A DNA stretch of 64,000 bases from Fimbriimonadales bacterium (GCA_041744215.1 JBGTLG010000030.1:32001-96000); one strand, 5' to 3'; shown: positions 1-10,524, counted from the stretch's first letter. The notes: generated by a model from the letters alone, not told the origin. Numbers and translations: made by a program.

Positions 1-1
1 T

Positions 2-295
2 GCCGATAAGCTTCAGTCTGAGGGTAGATTCCGCGAAGTCGTGCGATGTCTATATATCGCGATTCTTCTGAAGCTGGATGGCGCGAGGCTGATCAGGTTC
101 GAACGCTCTGAAACGAATTGGGAGCACTTGGCAAAGATCGAAAACTCAGCCGCACCACGCAGCATTGATTACAGACGACTGACTAAGAAGTTTGATGTGA
201 TTTGGTACGGAGACCACGAGGCAAGTGTGGCGGACTGTGCCGATCTGCGAACACAGTACGAAGAATTGACGGAGGCGCTCAAAGCATCCGCATGA
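2..295 (+). CDS. 5'-truncated hypothetical protein, DUF4129-like
   Basis: Frame open from base 2. 'LYIAILLKLD...RSETNWEHL...FDVIWYG' pattern typical of DUF4129. ATGA overlap with next gene. Confidence 0.6.
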   Translation, partial: ADKLQSEGRFREVVRCLYIAILLKLDGARLIRFERSETNWEHLAKIENSAAPRSIDYRRLTKKFDVIWYGDHEASVADCADLRTQYEELTEALKASA

Positions 296-1380
296 AGTCT
301 CAACGCATTCTATTCGCTGGCGTCGGCGTTGTCACTGTGCTCGCACTCGTATCGTTTGCACTCGTTTCGCTTGGGAGCACAGACAATTCGGTTCACCCAA
401 CGAGCCTCAGCGCGGACCCTGGTGGATCACTCGCACTCTATCGGCTGCTTGAAAGCGAGGGCGTACCTATAGAGCGACTTTTTTCTCCGCTACGGAAGGA
501 CAGGCCCGATATCGGGATGGTGCTTGTTTTTCAGCGAGGTTACCGGGACGCTGCGGCCTGGGGTCCCGAGTTCATTGATGACGGCTTTGGGGAGAGCGTC
601 GTCATAGTAAGAGCGAGGACGAATCACGTGCTTCCGAGCCGGCGAGATTATCATGCCGTGGAAGTGACTTCGTCCGTGAGAGCCTTTTCCCAGATCGGAA
701 GGGTTGGAAGTGGGGAGAATCTGACTCTGATTGACGGTCAACCGGTTATAGTTGACTCTAACGATCTTCCGCTGGTTGCTGTATCTACAGTTGGTTCCCG
801 CACTTATGTCGAAGTGGGAAACGGAGCGATGTTCTTGAACCGTTTCCTAGGTCATGACGATAACGCAAAGCTGCTTGTTTCGATTGTCAAATCCCTGTTG
901 CCAGAGGGCAAGAAACTCGCGCTGCCTGAATATGTTTACGGCGTAACGTCGCCGGACAACTTGTTTACCCGGCTCGGTCCTGCATACAGCGCGACGCTGA
1001 TTCAGTTGCTCCTGATGCTGGTATTGGCCATTTACACGTTAGGCAGGAGATTTGGCTATCCCGATGCCGAGGTTCCGACAAAGCCCGGAACGGGCGATTT
1101 TGTGCGGGCACTCGGGGAGGCGTTTCGCCGAGCCAAGGGCACCGACATAGTCCTCGAAACTGAGTTGCGCAGAGCGCTTCGTCGCGTTTCCCAGAGATTA
1201 AATCTTCCCGCAGACCTGACAGTTGACGAGAAGCTTGCGCGAGTTCCCGGGGACCTTGGGGCTACGATGAGGTCGATTTACTCGCTGCGTGGACAAAAGC
1301 CGAGCGACGATCTCGCTCGACGAACACTGGGCAGCCTTGAGCGGCTGCTCTCGGACTTCGAATCATCAAGAGGGACATAA
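292..1380 (+). CDS. DUF4350-like membrane-anchored protein
   Basis: ATG 292 overlaps upstream TGA. N-terminal TM, 'PGGSLALYRLL', 'FLNRFLGHDDNAKL', second TM then 'GRRFG'. Usual DUF4129-DUF4350 pairing. Confidence 0.65.
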   Translation: MKSQRILFAGVGVVTVLALVSFALVSLGSTDNSVHPTSLSADPGGSLALYRLLESEGVPIERLFSPLRKDRPDIGMVLVFQRGYRDAAAWGPEFIDDGFGESVVIVRARTNHVLPSRRDYHAVEVTSSVRAFSQIGRVGSGENLTLIDGQPVIVDSNDLPLVAVSTVGSRTYVEVGNGAMFLNRFLGHDDNAKLLVSIVKSLLPEGKKLALPEYVYGVTSPDNLFTRLGPAYSATLIQLLLMLVLAIYTLGRRFGYPDAEVPTKPGTGDFVRALGEAFRRAKGTDIVLETELRRALRRVSQRLNLPADLTVDEKLARVPGDLGATMRSIYSLRGQKPSDDLARRTLGSLERLLSDFESSRGT

Positions 1381-1387
1381 TGGGAAC

Positions 1388-1810
1388 ATGATGGTTAGGT
1401 CGCTCCTTCTTTTGACAATTGTTTGCTTCGCATCGCTTAGCTGCGACAAATGGGAAAAGGCTGAGCCTGGTCAGGTGGATGCGCCGAGAAGCACGTCTCC
1501 GCCGTCCGCTCAGCAGCCTACAGAACGTCCCCAATTCGAACTTGAAACTTTAGAACAAGCTTACAATGCGTCTAAGCAGAATGTGGGTAAATCCACAAAT
1601 GAAACAGCTGCCTTTATCACTTCTGCAGTGGCCTACGCTGATGCTCTAAACTTTGGCCCCGGCGAACCGCGCGAGAAGTATCCGAAGGCACTCGCCGTTT
1701 ATGACGAAGTGCTCGCCATCGATTCGGAGAACGAAGCGGCAAAGCGCGGACGAACGCTTATCATCGAAGTTTACGAGAGCATGGGGATGACTCCACCCAA
1801 GATGCGTTAG
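1388..1810 (+). CDS. lipoprotein with TPR-like helices
   Basis: Signal with lipobox-like 'SLSC'. 'KYPKALAVYDEVLAIDSENEAAK' TPR-like. Confidence 0.6.
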   Translation: MMVRSLLLLTIVCFASLSCDKWEKAEPGQVDAPRSTSPPSAQQPTERPQFELETLEQAYNASKQNVGKSTNETAAFITSAVAYADALNFGPGEPREKYPKALAVYDEVLAIDSENEAAKRGRTLIIEVYESMGMTPPKMR

Positions 1811-3613
1811 GTGGAGATGAAATCCAACAAGAGTAGACGCCTACCACGTTGGCTTTGGCTGCTCATTGGAGTGGTTCTACTGGTTTCATCGATTCCTGCG
1901 ATCGTGGGATGGGCGCAGGCTCCTGAAGGGTCCACTTACCTGGGTGTTGAATGGAACATGGACGATCATGCGGTTTACGCCGCATGGATGAAGCAGGCGC
2001 AAGAGGGGCGAATGCTCTTCGAAAACCGCTTCACAACAGACGAGCAACCAGGCTTAACAATTCACGTCTACTTTTGGTTCCTAGGAACACTTTCAAAAGT
2101 CACGGGCATCTCTGTGGCGATGCACTTGGGTCGACTGCTCTTCACAGCTTTCGCGCTGATCGCACTGTTTCGTTTAGTCTCGTGGTTGATAAATGACGAC
2201 ACCGCGAGACTCATAGCCATGACGATAAGTGTTTTTGGAGGTGGGCTGGGCTGGATGTTCTGGAGTCGATATGGCCACGAAGGGCCAATTGACGTTTGGC
2301 AGCCAGAGGCGTTTCTATTCCCCTCAGTATTAACAAACGGGTTGTTCGCGGCTTCGTTATGGCTGATTCTTGTTGTCTTAAACAAAATGATCGCAGCGCG
2401 CGACTCCTGGACGCCGGTCGTTCCAGGTGCGATTGCGTTGCTCACGTTAACGAATATCCACACATACGATACGCTGCTTATCGCACTGATTTCTGTTGGG
2501 TGGTTGGTATCGATGATTGTATCTGGAACGGCGAACCTCGCGTGGGTTTCGCGGTGTGTTGCTATGGCTGCCGGAGCTTTGCCAGCGGTCGGATGGTTCG
2601 TTTACGTCCGCTCAATCGACCCCGTGTTTCTGGAGCGAGCAAACACGCCGACGCCTTCGCCGCCACCTATCAGCGTCCTCTATGGATTGTTACCGCTCCT
2701 ACTCCTCGCCGTTGTCGCGATGCTGGCAGACCAGAGCGATGATCGCATACGGATCCGATGGCTGCCAGCCGTACTCTTTAGTGCGTTTCTCGTGACTGTC
2801 ATCGTGACGTGTACCTCGATGCGGAGCGAAGACCCTTATGCGGTAGCGCCGTTTATGATCTGCTTTGCACTTGCAATAACTGTATGCGCCACGTTTAAGA
2901 CTCGAAACGTCGCGCTGGGCCTCGTCTTCGCGTGGGCGGTCGTCGCCATAATCGCCATTTACTATCCCGGACTGTTCCAGCGAAAACTCGGGATGATGAT
3001 TGCTCTGCCGTACGGGATCTTGGCAGGCCTTGGACTTGCTCTTGTAATCTCTAAGATTCGCAGCGCGCCTATCCGCGCAGTCTCGGTAGGAGCGATTGTG
3101 CTGGCGCTCTCGTTGACGTCCATTCGGTGGATTCAACGTGAGCTCGAAATGATTCATGATAACGTCAGCAACACGACCGTTCACCGGGTCTTCCTCGACA
3201 AAGATTCCTCGGAGATTTTGCGCCTGCTCCTCATCCGGCGTGCCGAAGGAGAAGTGCTTCTCGCCCGCCCTGGAGTGCCTGTTCGGTTAGGCGATGATAA
3301 GTATGATGTCGCGATCCCCGATCTGAATCCGATTCTGACTGGGTGGGCCGGAGTGAAGACTTATGCCGGACATTGGAGCGAGACGCCGCGGTACAGCGAG
3401 CGCCGTGAGGAGCTTAGTCGCAGCCTATTCAATCCCCAGACCGCGACTTTAGATTCGATTCGAGAGATGATCAAGAAGTCTGGAGCATCCTATATCGTGT
3501 TGCCCGTCCAGCAGGAACTCGCGGCTTACGTCGTATCTCTTGAGGCGTTTGTAGGTGTTTCGCATGAGGTGTTGTACAAAGGCGAGACGTTTGCCCTCTT
3601 ATACATCGAGTGA
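1811..3613 (+). CDS. polytopic membrane protein, probable GT-C-fold glycosyltransferase
   Basis: 600 aa, many TM segments, early 'DD' acidic loop motif, adjacent to a GT2. Confidence 0.55.
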   Translation: MEMKSNKSRRLPRWLWLLIGVVLLVSSIPAIVGWAQAPEGSTYLGVEWNMDDHAVYAAWMKQAQEGRMLFENRFTTDEQPGLTIHVYFWFLGTLSKVTGISVAMHLGRLLFTAFALIALFRLVSWLINDDTARLIAMTISVFGGGLGWMFWSRYGHEGPIDVWQPEAFLFPSVLTNGLFAASLWLILVVLNKMIAARDSWTPVVPGAIALLTLTNIHTYDTLLIALISVGWLVSMIVSGTANLAWVSRCVAMAAGALPAVGWFVYVRSIDPVFLERANTPTPSPPPISVLYGLLPLLLLAVVAMLADQSDDRIRIRWLPAVLFSAFLVTVIVTCTSMRSEDPYAVAPFMICFALAITVCATFKTRNVALGLVFAWAVVAIIAIYYPGLFQRKLGMMIALPYGILAGLGLALVISKIRSAPIRAVSVGAIVLALSLTSIRWIQRELEMIHDNVSNTTVHRVFLDKDSSEILRLLLIRRAEGEVLLARPGVPVRLGDDKYDVAIPDLNPILTGWAGVKTYAGHWSETPRYSERREELSRSLFNPQTATLDSIREMIKKSGASYIVLPVQQELAAYVVSLEAFVGVSHEVLYKGETFALLYIE

Positions 3614-4555
3614 CGCTTTAGATGCCGCTAATCGCACCTCTCTCCACTTGGTGTACGGATCCTTCGGCGCAAGAAGAACCCTTGCCCACAGCAGTGCGCG
3701 GTGACGTAACTTGCCCACAACGCCCAGCGTGCATACAGTTGCTATCGACCAGACCAACAGCCGAAGGAACGCCCCCAGACGGTTGATCAAAAAGCAAGCC
3801 GTTGACGACACGGGATTGTGATGGACACGAAAAAACAGCTCTTTCCCCCGGTTGTAGTAGGCTATCGACCGCCAGCGATCAACTTTGGAAGACGCACCAA
3901 GCGCGTGGACGAAATGTGCTTGTGGCACGTACCATATCTCCCCTTTCTGCGAGATTCGCTTGCATAGCTCCGTATCTTCGCAGTAGAGAAAGAACCGCTC
4001 GTCAAACAGCATGAACGTGTCGCCTATGCGGCGCATCATTAAGCAGGCGCCCATGACTTGAGCTACTTTGCACGCTGATTTGCACCTGGTCGAAACCCAA
4101 TACGGCGAGAAGAACCCAGATCTCTTGAATATCTTCTCCAGATACAGCTGTTCGCAGAGGACCGCCCAAAGAGTCAGTTCATTGCTTGCAGATTCTTGAA
4201 GCCGGCCATCGGGAAACCACAGCGATCCTCCGCACGCTACGGCCTGCTCGTGAGAACGCAGGAATTCGACCAAGGTGTCAACAGCCCCAGGTGATGCAAT
4301 GGCATCAGGATTTAGGAGCAGTGCAAACTCGCCCTTCGCAATCGCTAATCCTTGATTGTTGGCGGAGCCGAATCCTCGATTCGTTTCGTTTCGAATAAGG
4401 TTCGCTGACGGAAACTCCTTTGCAACCATGTCTGCAGAGCCATCGCGCGAAGCGTTGTCAACCACGATGATCTCGCAATCTGGCAACGATGAGAGGCAGC
4501 GACGCAACTCTTCCGCACAGTTGTATGAGACTACGATGACGCTGACCATCCTCAA
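3599..4555 (-). CDS. glycosyltransferase family 2 (WbbL/rhamnosyltransferase-like)
   Basis: 'VSVIVVSYN', 'VVDNASRDGS', 'NRGFGSANN', 'LLNPD', 'FFLYCEDTELC'. Confidence 0.9.
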   Translation of the reverse strand: MRMVSVIVVSYNCAEELRRCLSSLPDCEIIVVDNASRDGSADMVAKEFPSANLIRNETNRGFGSANNQGLAIAKGEFALLLNPDAIASPGAVDTLVEFLRSHEQAVACGGSLWFPDGRLQESASNELTLWAVLCEQLYLEKIFKRSGFFSPYWVSTRCKSACKVAQVMGACLMMRRIGDTFMLFDERFFLYCEDTELCKRISQKGEIWYVPQAHFVHALGASSKVDRWRSIAYYNRGKELFFRVHHNPVSSTACFLINRLGAFLRLLVWSIATVCTLGVVGKLRHRALLWARVLLAPKDPYTKWREVRLAASKASLDV

Positions 4556-4564
4556 GTGGCCAGT

Positions 4565-5833
4565 TTACTGCCGACGGAACGGATTGTCTGGTAGCGGAAC
4601 CCCGAGGCTCTCGCCTGCAAGCGCGGCGTCCAGACGAAGAAGCGCCAATCCTATTCCCGACGCGCCTTGCATCAATCCCGTCTGAGCCGCAACTTCCTTC
4701 GGCCTAACCCGGTGTTCCGCGAAGCTCCAACAAATGCCTCCGTCGACCGCGATGGCTGCCCGCAAGATGTCGTCGGCGTAGGGGCGAGCAAGCGACAGCC
4801 ACCGCTCCGAGCCAGTCACGGCGTATAGGTCAACGAAAAACGACACCTTTCCGGCTGCACCGCAGCATTCGCCCAAGTTGCCCCAGTCGGTGAAGCCCTC
4901 GCCCGCGAGGACCGAACGCGCGCAGCGAATCACCCACTCAGCCCAACCCCCCTTGGGGTCTGCGGCATTTAGGGCATGAAAGGCCCGCGCGGTCCCGGTG
5001 GGCCCGTGGCACCAGCCTGAGTAGTGCAACTCCTCGCCCACCTTGCGCGGAATCATGCAGAGGTCGCCAACGGACAGCGAGATCAACCGACTGCCTCCAG
5101 CCCTCGCCGCGGTCAGGAATCGCTCCTGGCCGGTGGCTCGATAGAGGCCCGCCAAGAACGCAGCGACCCCGGCAGTTCCGTGAGAAAACCCTGGCATCTC
5201 CGCCTCGTCGCCTGGCCGAACCTTCCACGGGGGGCCCTGCTCGAGAAGCCGCTCGCCGCAGCTCACGGCCGCGTCCATCAAGCCTGGGTCGCCGAAGCGC
5301 TCGGAAAGGGCTGAGAGGCACATGCCTACGCCAGCTAGCCCAAACACGACATCCGACTCTTCCGGCAGAGAATCGATCAGCGTGCGCGCAACGACTCTCG
5401 CGTTGTCCCGATAAACCGCGGCGCGCGAGGCCAGATAGACTTCGTCAAGAACCCAAGCAATGCCCGCCAACCCCGTGTATAGCCCCGGCCGTTCCTCGCC
5501 ATGCGTGACGTGCTCCATGAGCGCATTCGCCCCCGCCATCGCCCGCGTCAGCGCGTCCTTCTCGCCAGCCCGATGTAGCCCAAGCTGGAGCAGCACGACG
5601 CCCGCGACGCCTGAGTAAAGATCGAATCGCACCTCGCCACCGGGTTCGACGGGCCAAACGGTGGAGACTCCTCGGTGAACTTCCAGCGCATCTACCCATC
5701 GACCGGCGCGCTTCGCCCCCTCAAGGTACGGCCTGCCAGAACCCATCATGCCCTGCGCCCAGGGCGGTGCTGCGGCGCGCGCTCCAAGTCCGAAAAGGCT
5801 TCGCCGCGTCACCTCTGCGTCATCGGCATCCAT
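4565..5833 (-). CDS. LanC-like (lanthionine synthetase C family) protein
   Basis: Repeated GxAG motifs ('DLYSGVAG','GLYTGLAG','GFSHGTAG','GLMQGASG'), 'WCHG' and 'ECCG' Zn-ligand motifs. N-terminal TRRSLF. Confidence 0.85.
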   Translation of the reverse strand: MDADDAEVTRRSLFGLGARAAAPPWAQGMMGSGRPYLEGAKRAGRWVDALEVHRGVSTVWPVEPGGEVRFDLYSGVAGVVLLQLGLHRAGEKDALTRAMAGANALMEHVTHGEERPGLYTGLAGIAWVLDEVYLASRAAVYRDNARVVARTLIDSLPEESDVVFGLAGVGMCLSALSERFGDPGLMDAAVSCGERLLEQGPPWKVRPGDEAEMPGFSHGTAGVAAFLAGLYRATGQERFLTAARAGGSRLISLSVGDLCMIPRKVGEELHYSGWCHGPTGTARAFHALNAADPKGGWAEWVIRCARSVLAGEGFTDWGNLGECCGAAGKVSFFVDLYAVTGSERWLSLARPYADDILRAAIAVDGGICWSFAEHRVRPKEVAAQTGLMQGASGIGLALLRLDAALAGESLGVPLPDNPFRRQ

Positions 5834-6098
5834 TCAGCGATGTTACCGGCGATGGATTTCCTGGCATCAGCGTACAAAGGGCGGCCCGTTCACTTTCCAA
5901 CCTCATCTTGTCGCCGCGTGCGCTCTCTGGGTCGCTATAGAACGCTTCTGCGGCGCAGGTCGCCCGTGGTGCAGGCTTGCACTTCCTGCGTCGTAAGCGA
6001 CGCTAACCGGTCGCCAATGGAATCAACGGCAGAGGAGTCGGAGCTTGGAGCGAAAATCGCGCTTCGATTCTTCGGACGTTCTGCTGCTTGGCGGCCGT

Positions 6099-8873
6099 TT
6101 ATCCGAATTTCTCAGGCTGCGCTGAGAGCAACACTTCTTGCGCGGCGTGTAATGCCTCCGGGATCTTGCTCGCGTCCTTTCCTCCCGCTTGGGCGAATTG
6201 GGGCGAGCCACCGCCGCCACCACCGGCAATCTTTGCGACTTCACGAACGATGTTGCCTGCGTGCGCTCCGTTCTTAAGCGCGTCCTTCCCGACTTTGCAG
6301 AAGAACATGACCTTTCCATCCTCTTTGAGCGCGACGACGGCGACGGCGGTATCGTCGTTTTCGACGAGTTTGTCTGCTGCAAGCTTCGCCGCCTCTTGAC
6401 CACCAATCGAAACTGTTTGCGTTTTGAGCGCAAATGGCCCTACCGCCTTTGTTTCTGCGGATTCTTGTGCTGCCGAACCCGCGAGTAGCTGCTCCCGTTC
6501 GCGGCGAAGCTCTCGCAGCTGCTCTTGTAGTCTGTCGATCGCGCGTGGCAGTTCGATTGCGTTCGATTTTAGCTTTCGCGCAGCCGCTTGGAGAAGTCGT
6601 TCTTCGCTCTTAGCCCATTCGTAAGCCCCGATGCCCGTGACCGCTTCGATGCGACGGACTCCGCTCGCACTTGATGATTCGCTGATCACTTTAAACATTC
6701 CGATCTCAGCGCTGTTTGCGACATGGATTCCGCCGCAGAGCTCCAAGCTGTAGTCACCGACTTCAATCATGCGGACGCTATCGCCATACTTTTCGCCGAA
6801 GAGCATCATTGCACCGCGCTTTCGCGCTTCCTCGATCGATACATTCTCATAGGCAGCGACGGGTATCGCTTCAGCAATCTTCTCGTTCACTGCGCGTTCG
6901 ACCACTTCGATCTCCTCTTGCTTCATGGCTTCGCCATGGGTGAAGTCGAATCGGAGTCGATCTGGCGCGACGAGTGAACCGGCTTGAGTGACATGCTTTC
7001 CGAGTGTGCTCCTGAGCGCAGCGTGCAAAAGATGAGTTCCCGTGTGGTTCCGAGTGATGTGCTTGCGCCGTTGTTCGTCGACTTCCGCTATGACGGGCCT
7101 TGAAAGCATTCCGGTGTTTAGATACTGCGCAATGGATTCCGCGCCCAGGCCCCTCAATGGAGCAGGCGCCGTTCCAAACTTGATGAGTTTGCAGTCGTGC
7201 CATATGAGGCCGAGTTCCTTCCAAGTGTCAATGACCTCAAACTCGCATTCATCATTGTAGATTCGACCCGTGTCGCCCACTTGTCCGCCGGATTCAGGAT
7301 AGAACGGAGTCCGGTCCAATGAGATTTGAAAGTCCCCGGTGCTCAAACCGTCTTTGCCGAATCGAGGGCTGATCTGCATGATTGTAGCGTCTGCCTCTGA
7401 CGCATCGTAGCCGAGGAACTCTGTGTAGGGCTTTGCGTCTTTTGCGACTGTAAGCACGACTGCTTCATCATCGCCGCCGAACACATTGTGGGCTCCTTGT
7501 GCTGAACGAGATCTCTCTTGCGCCTCTTTCATGCATGCATCGAAGACTTCAGAATCCACGACCATGTCGTGTTCCGCTGCAAGTTCAACTGTTACTTCGA
7601 GGGGAAAGCCGTATGTGTCGTACAGGAAGAATGCCTCATCCCCTGGAAAGCTCTTTTGCTTGCCAATCCGCTCCATTGTTTCGGCGAAGCGCTCCATGCC
7701 CTCTGCTAGCGTTCTGCGAAATGCGTCCTCTTCGTTTTTTAGTGTCGTGAGAATGACATCTGATCGCTCTTCAAGTTCGACGTAGGGATCACCAAGCGCA
7801 TCGACGACCGCCGGAAAGATGTGTTGGAGAAAGGGTCGGTCGAAACCTAGGACGCGCTGGCCCTTTAGCACAGTTCTGCGAATGAGTCTTCTTAACACGT
7901 AACCGCGACCTGTGTTTGAAGGGAGTATGCCGTCAGCGATGCAGAAGCACGCCGTGCGCATATGATCAGCGATGATACGGATTGCGCGCGTTTTATGCGC
8001 CTCCTCGTAGTATCGCGCTCCCGACATAGCGCAAATCTTCTCGACGATCGGCATAAAGACATCGGTCTGGTAGACGTCGGTCAGTCCTTCGATCGCGGCT
8101 GCTGTTCTTTCAAGTCCGCTGCCCGTGTCGATACTCTTCGATGGCAAGGGGTCCATTCCGCGCTTCAGGAATCCCATATGCGGTTGCGCCGGATTTTTGA
8201 GTTCCCCCTTCCACTCAAATTGCATGAATACGAGATTCCAAATCTCGAGCCATCGACCGGCCTCGTCGTCGCGCTTGAAGTCTCCGGAAAGCTGTGTGTC
8301 TGGCACCATCTGGTAAAAGATCTCGCTGCACGGACCGCACGGGCCCGGCGGTCCGTTGCTAAACGCACCCGCGGGCCAGTAGTTCTTATCTTCGCCCAAT
8401 CGGTGAATTCGCTTCGTTGGGTCGAACCCTGCCTCCCTCCAAATCGGTTCCCATAGTGCAAAAGCTTCGTCGTCGTCCTCGAAAACTGTGACGCAGAGTT
8501 TTTTCGGGTCGAGACCCAACCAGTCCGCCGAAGTCAGGAACTCCCACGCCCACTCGATGGCTTCCTTCTTGAAATAGTCGCCAAAAGAGAAGTTGCCGAG
8601 CATCTCGAAGAAGGTTAGGTGCGAGGGGTTGCCGACCTCTTCGATGTCGACCGCGCGAACGCACTTTTGGCTGTCTACGAGACGAGGGTGCGGTGGCTTC
8701 GCGACCGCACGGAAGTACGGCTTGAACTGCACCATACCTGCTCCTGTAAAGAGCAGGGTTTCGTCGAGCTTCCCAGTCACGTCAATAGGCACGAGGGGAG
8801 CTGAAGGATGTAGGAGGTGATCCTTCGACTGGAAGAACTCGATGAACTTGGCTCGAAGCTGACGGGCGTTCAT
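6099..8873 (-). CDS. alaS: alanine--tRNA ligase
   Basis: 'LLFTGAGMVQFKPYF', 'HLTFFEMLGNFSFGDYFK', editing 'NHTGTHLLH'/'ELCGGIH', C-terminal 'GGGGG' DHHA1. Confidence 0.98.
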   Translation of the reverse strand: MNARQLRAKFIEFFQSKDHLLHPSAPLVPIDVTGKLDETLLFTGAGMVQFKPYFRAVAKPPHPRLVDSQKCVRAVDIEEVGNPSHLTFFEMLGNFSFGDYFKKEAIEWAWEFLTSADWLGLDPKKLCVTVFEDDDEAFALWEPIWREAGFDPTKRIHRLGEDKNYWPAGAFSNGPPGPCGPCSEIFYQMVPDTQLSGDFKRDDEAGRWLEIWNLVFMQFEWKGELKNPAQPHMGFLKRGMDPLPSKSIDTGSGLERTAAAIEGLTDVYQTDVFMPIVEKICAMSGARYYEEAHKTRAIRIIADHMRTACFCIADGILPSNTGRGYVLRRLIRRTVLKGQRVLGFDRPFLQHIFPAVVDALGDPYVELEERSDVILTTLKNEEDAFRRTLAEGMERFAETMERIGKQKSFPGDEAFFLYDTYGFPLEVTVELAAEHDMVVDSEVFDACMKEAQERSRSAQGAHNVFGGDDEAVVLTVAKDAKPYTEFLGYDASEADATIMQISPRFGKDGLSTGDFQISLDRTPFYPESGGQVGDTGRIYNDECEFEVIDTWKELGLIWHDCKLIKFGTAPAPLRGLGAESIAQYLNTGMLSRPVIAEVDEQRRKHITRNHTGTHLLHAALRSTLGKHVTQAGSLVAPDRLRFDFTHGEAMKQEEIEVVERAVNEKIAEAIPVAAYENVSIEEARKRGAMMLFGEKYGDSVRMIEVGDYSLELCGGIHVANSAEIGMFKVISESSSASGVRRIEAVTGIGAYEWAKSEERLLQAAARKLKSNAIELPRAIDRLQEQLRELRREREQLLAGSAAQESAETKAVGPFALKTQTVSIGGQEAAKLAADKLVENDDTAVAVVALKEDGKVMFFCKVGKDALKNGAHAGNIVREVAKIAGGGGGGSPQFAQAGGKDASKIPEALHAAQEVLLSAQPEKFG

Positions 8874-8962
8874 GGGTGGCAGTGCGGAAGTTACCCTGTA
8901 GATGGCTGAGGCTTCTCGGTCAGCACCTCCGTCTTTTAGGTGATTAGGAGGTAACTCACCCT

Positions 8963-9226
8963 ATGTGGACGGTGTTGTCTATTGCGTTGTCCGCCGTATC
9001 GTTAGTATGCGCGATCATCATCTTGATCGACGCGTTCCAGGACGAGGTTTGGAAGGGACTCGTTGGACTGCTTTGCGGCCTCTACCTGCTCTACTACGCT
9101 ATCGTGGAGTTCGATCATCCAAACAAGTGGTTGATCATCATCGGTTGGCTTGCTTCTGGCATTATCGGTGGGATTATCTACAGCATGTTCGTTGCCGCAG
9201 CGGCCTTAGCAGGGACACCCATGTAG
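8963..9226 (+). CDS. small membrane protein
   Basis: Strong SD (TAGGAGG) upstream, 87 aa almost entirely hydrophobic. Confidence 0.75.
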   Translation: MWTVLSIALSAVSLVCAIIILIDAFQDEVWKGLVGLLCGLYLLYYAIVEFDHPNKWLIIIGWLASGIIGGIIYSMFVAAAALAGTPM

Positions 9227-10465
9227 TCAGGAAGTCGGTCCGTCGTAACAGCCCAGGAAGAGGATTACTCCTGTCTCATCGTCAATGATCGAGTACAGGA
9301 AAGGGCGAACTGCGTTGAAGGAGAAGGTCTTCTCAGGCTCCATGGGTGCAGAGCCGACCTTCATTTCGATCGCGGTCACCGCCGCAGCTTCTGTTCCCTT
9401 CTCAGCGACGTCCACGAATGTCTTGTGGAGAACTCGGCTGATCCATATGGTGTCGGACTTGAAGATCGCTTTGAAGTCCGCGTGCTGCTCGAAAGGCAGC
9501 GTCATTCCGAGGGATTGTAGAATTGGCTTCAGGTCCGCTTCGAATCGCGTGGTGAACTTGGGCAGGTTGATGTGCCCCTTTGCATCGGTCATAGAACCGA
9601 TGAACGTGGCCCACGTTGGAGCGGAGAGTTCCCTCGTGATTTTCTCAAGGTCGCCTTTTGGCAGAAGGATGACCATCGATGCCCTGCCGCCCTTGTAAGC
9701 CATGCGAATGGCCTGGAACTCATCCGTTTCGACGTACGGCACAGTCCCCATGCGATACATCATCTGTACCGTCGTTTTGTCCCCATTCGCCTTAGTGAAG
9801 GGCCGCTCTCGGGTTCCGTCAGGATCGAATTCGCGAACCCACTTTGCATTGAAGTAGATCGCGTTGCAGATGAGCATCTGCCCTTGCAGCTCGTCCACAA
9901 GCCTAGGAATCTTGCCGTTGGTCGCTCGGCTGGCCCAATCGTTGATGTCGGCAATCGCTGCAGGGTTCTTGAAATCGAGGCTTTGGATCTCCGCGCCATA
10001 GAACTTTGCGTTTAGATCCAGGAACGGTTGCTCAAACGGTGTGCTGTCGTCGGCGAAGATTGCGTTGGCGACGTCGAGTCGGAAGTCGTCCTTGCGCTCT
10101 ATAAGACGCGGCCAGAGGTCAGCGTTGGCAAGATTGAGTGCTTCGATGGGCAAGTCACTTAGACCCAGGGTTCTGCTCATCTGCTCTTGGGTTTCTCCAC
10201 CTGCGCCGTTTAGCGCCATCTGCAGAGCGACAGATAGCGACGCTGGCGAGAAGAATGTTCCAGGAGTGGAGTCGGCGCGGATTCGCCGCAGCAGTTGAAA
10301 GGCGAAGTCGTTGTTCGCCACGGCGATTGCTTCGAGGCTGCCCTTAGGGGCGATTTGGCGAGAGACCTGGTTCATGTTGGAGTTTGAGAGATGCTGATGC
10401 ACGGTGTTAGAGTCGATATGGGCATTGCAGCCGAACAGTAAGACGGCCAGAGGGGCGAATCTCAT
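9227..10465 (-). CDS. serpin family protease inhibitor (lipoprotein)
   Basis: 'NAIYFNAKW', hinge 'EKGTEAAAVT', 'RPFLYSI...ILFLG'. Lipobox 'LLFGC'. Confidence 0.95.
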   Translation of the reverse strand: MRFAPLAVLLFGCNAHIDSNTVHQHLSNSNMNQVSRQIAPKGSLEAIAVANNDFAFQLLRRIRADSTPGTFFSPASLSVALQMALNGAGGETQEQMSRTLGLSDLPIEALNLANADLWPRLIERKDDFRLDVANAIFADDSTPFEQPFLDLNAKFYGAEIQSLDFKNPAAIADINDWASRATNGKIPRLVDELQGQMLICNAIYFNAKWVREFDPDGTRERPFTKANGDKTTVQMMYRMGTVPYVETDEFQAIRMAYKGGRASMVILLPKGDLEKITRELSAPTWATFIGSMTDAKGHINLPKFTTRFEADLKPILQSLGMTLPFEQHADFKAIFKSDTIWISRVLHKTFVDVAEKGTEAAAVTAIEMKVGSAPMEPEKTFSFNAVRPFLYSIIDDETGVILFLGCYDGPTS

Positions 10466-10524
10466 AGTGGTTAGTGTATCCGACTAGCTCCATGGTTCAG
10501 CGATCGGAGGGTAGATTCTGCCTT

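Noticed and set aside
5834-6098. Lanthipeptide precursor next to lanC
   Set aside because: Only a Ser/Cys-containing frame that runs antisense into alaS, with no SD or leader motif.
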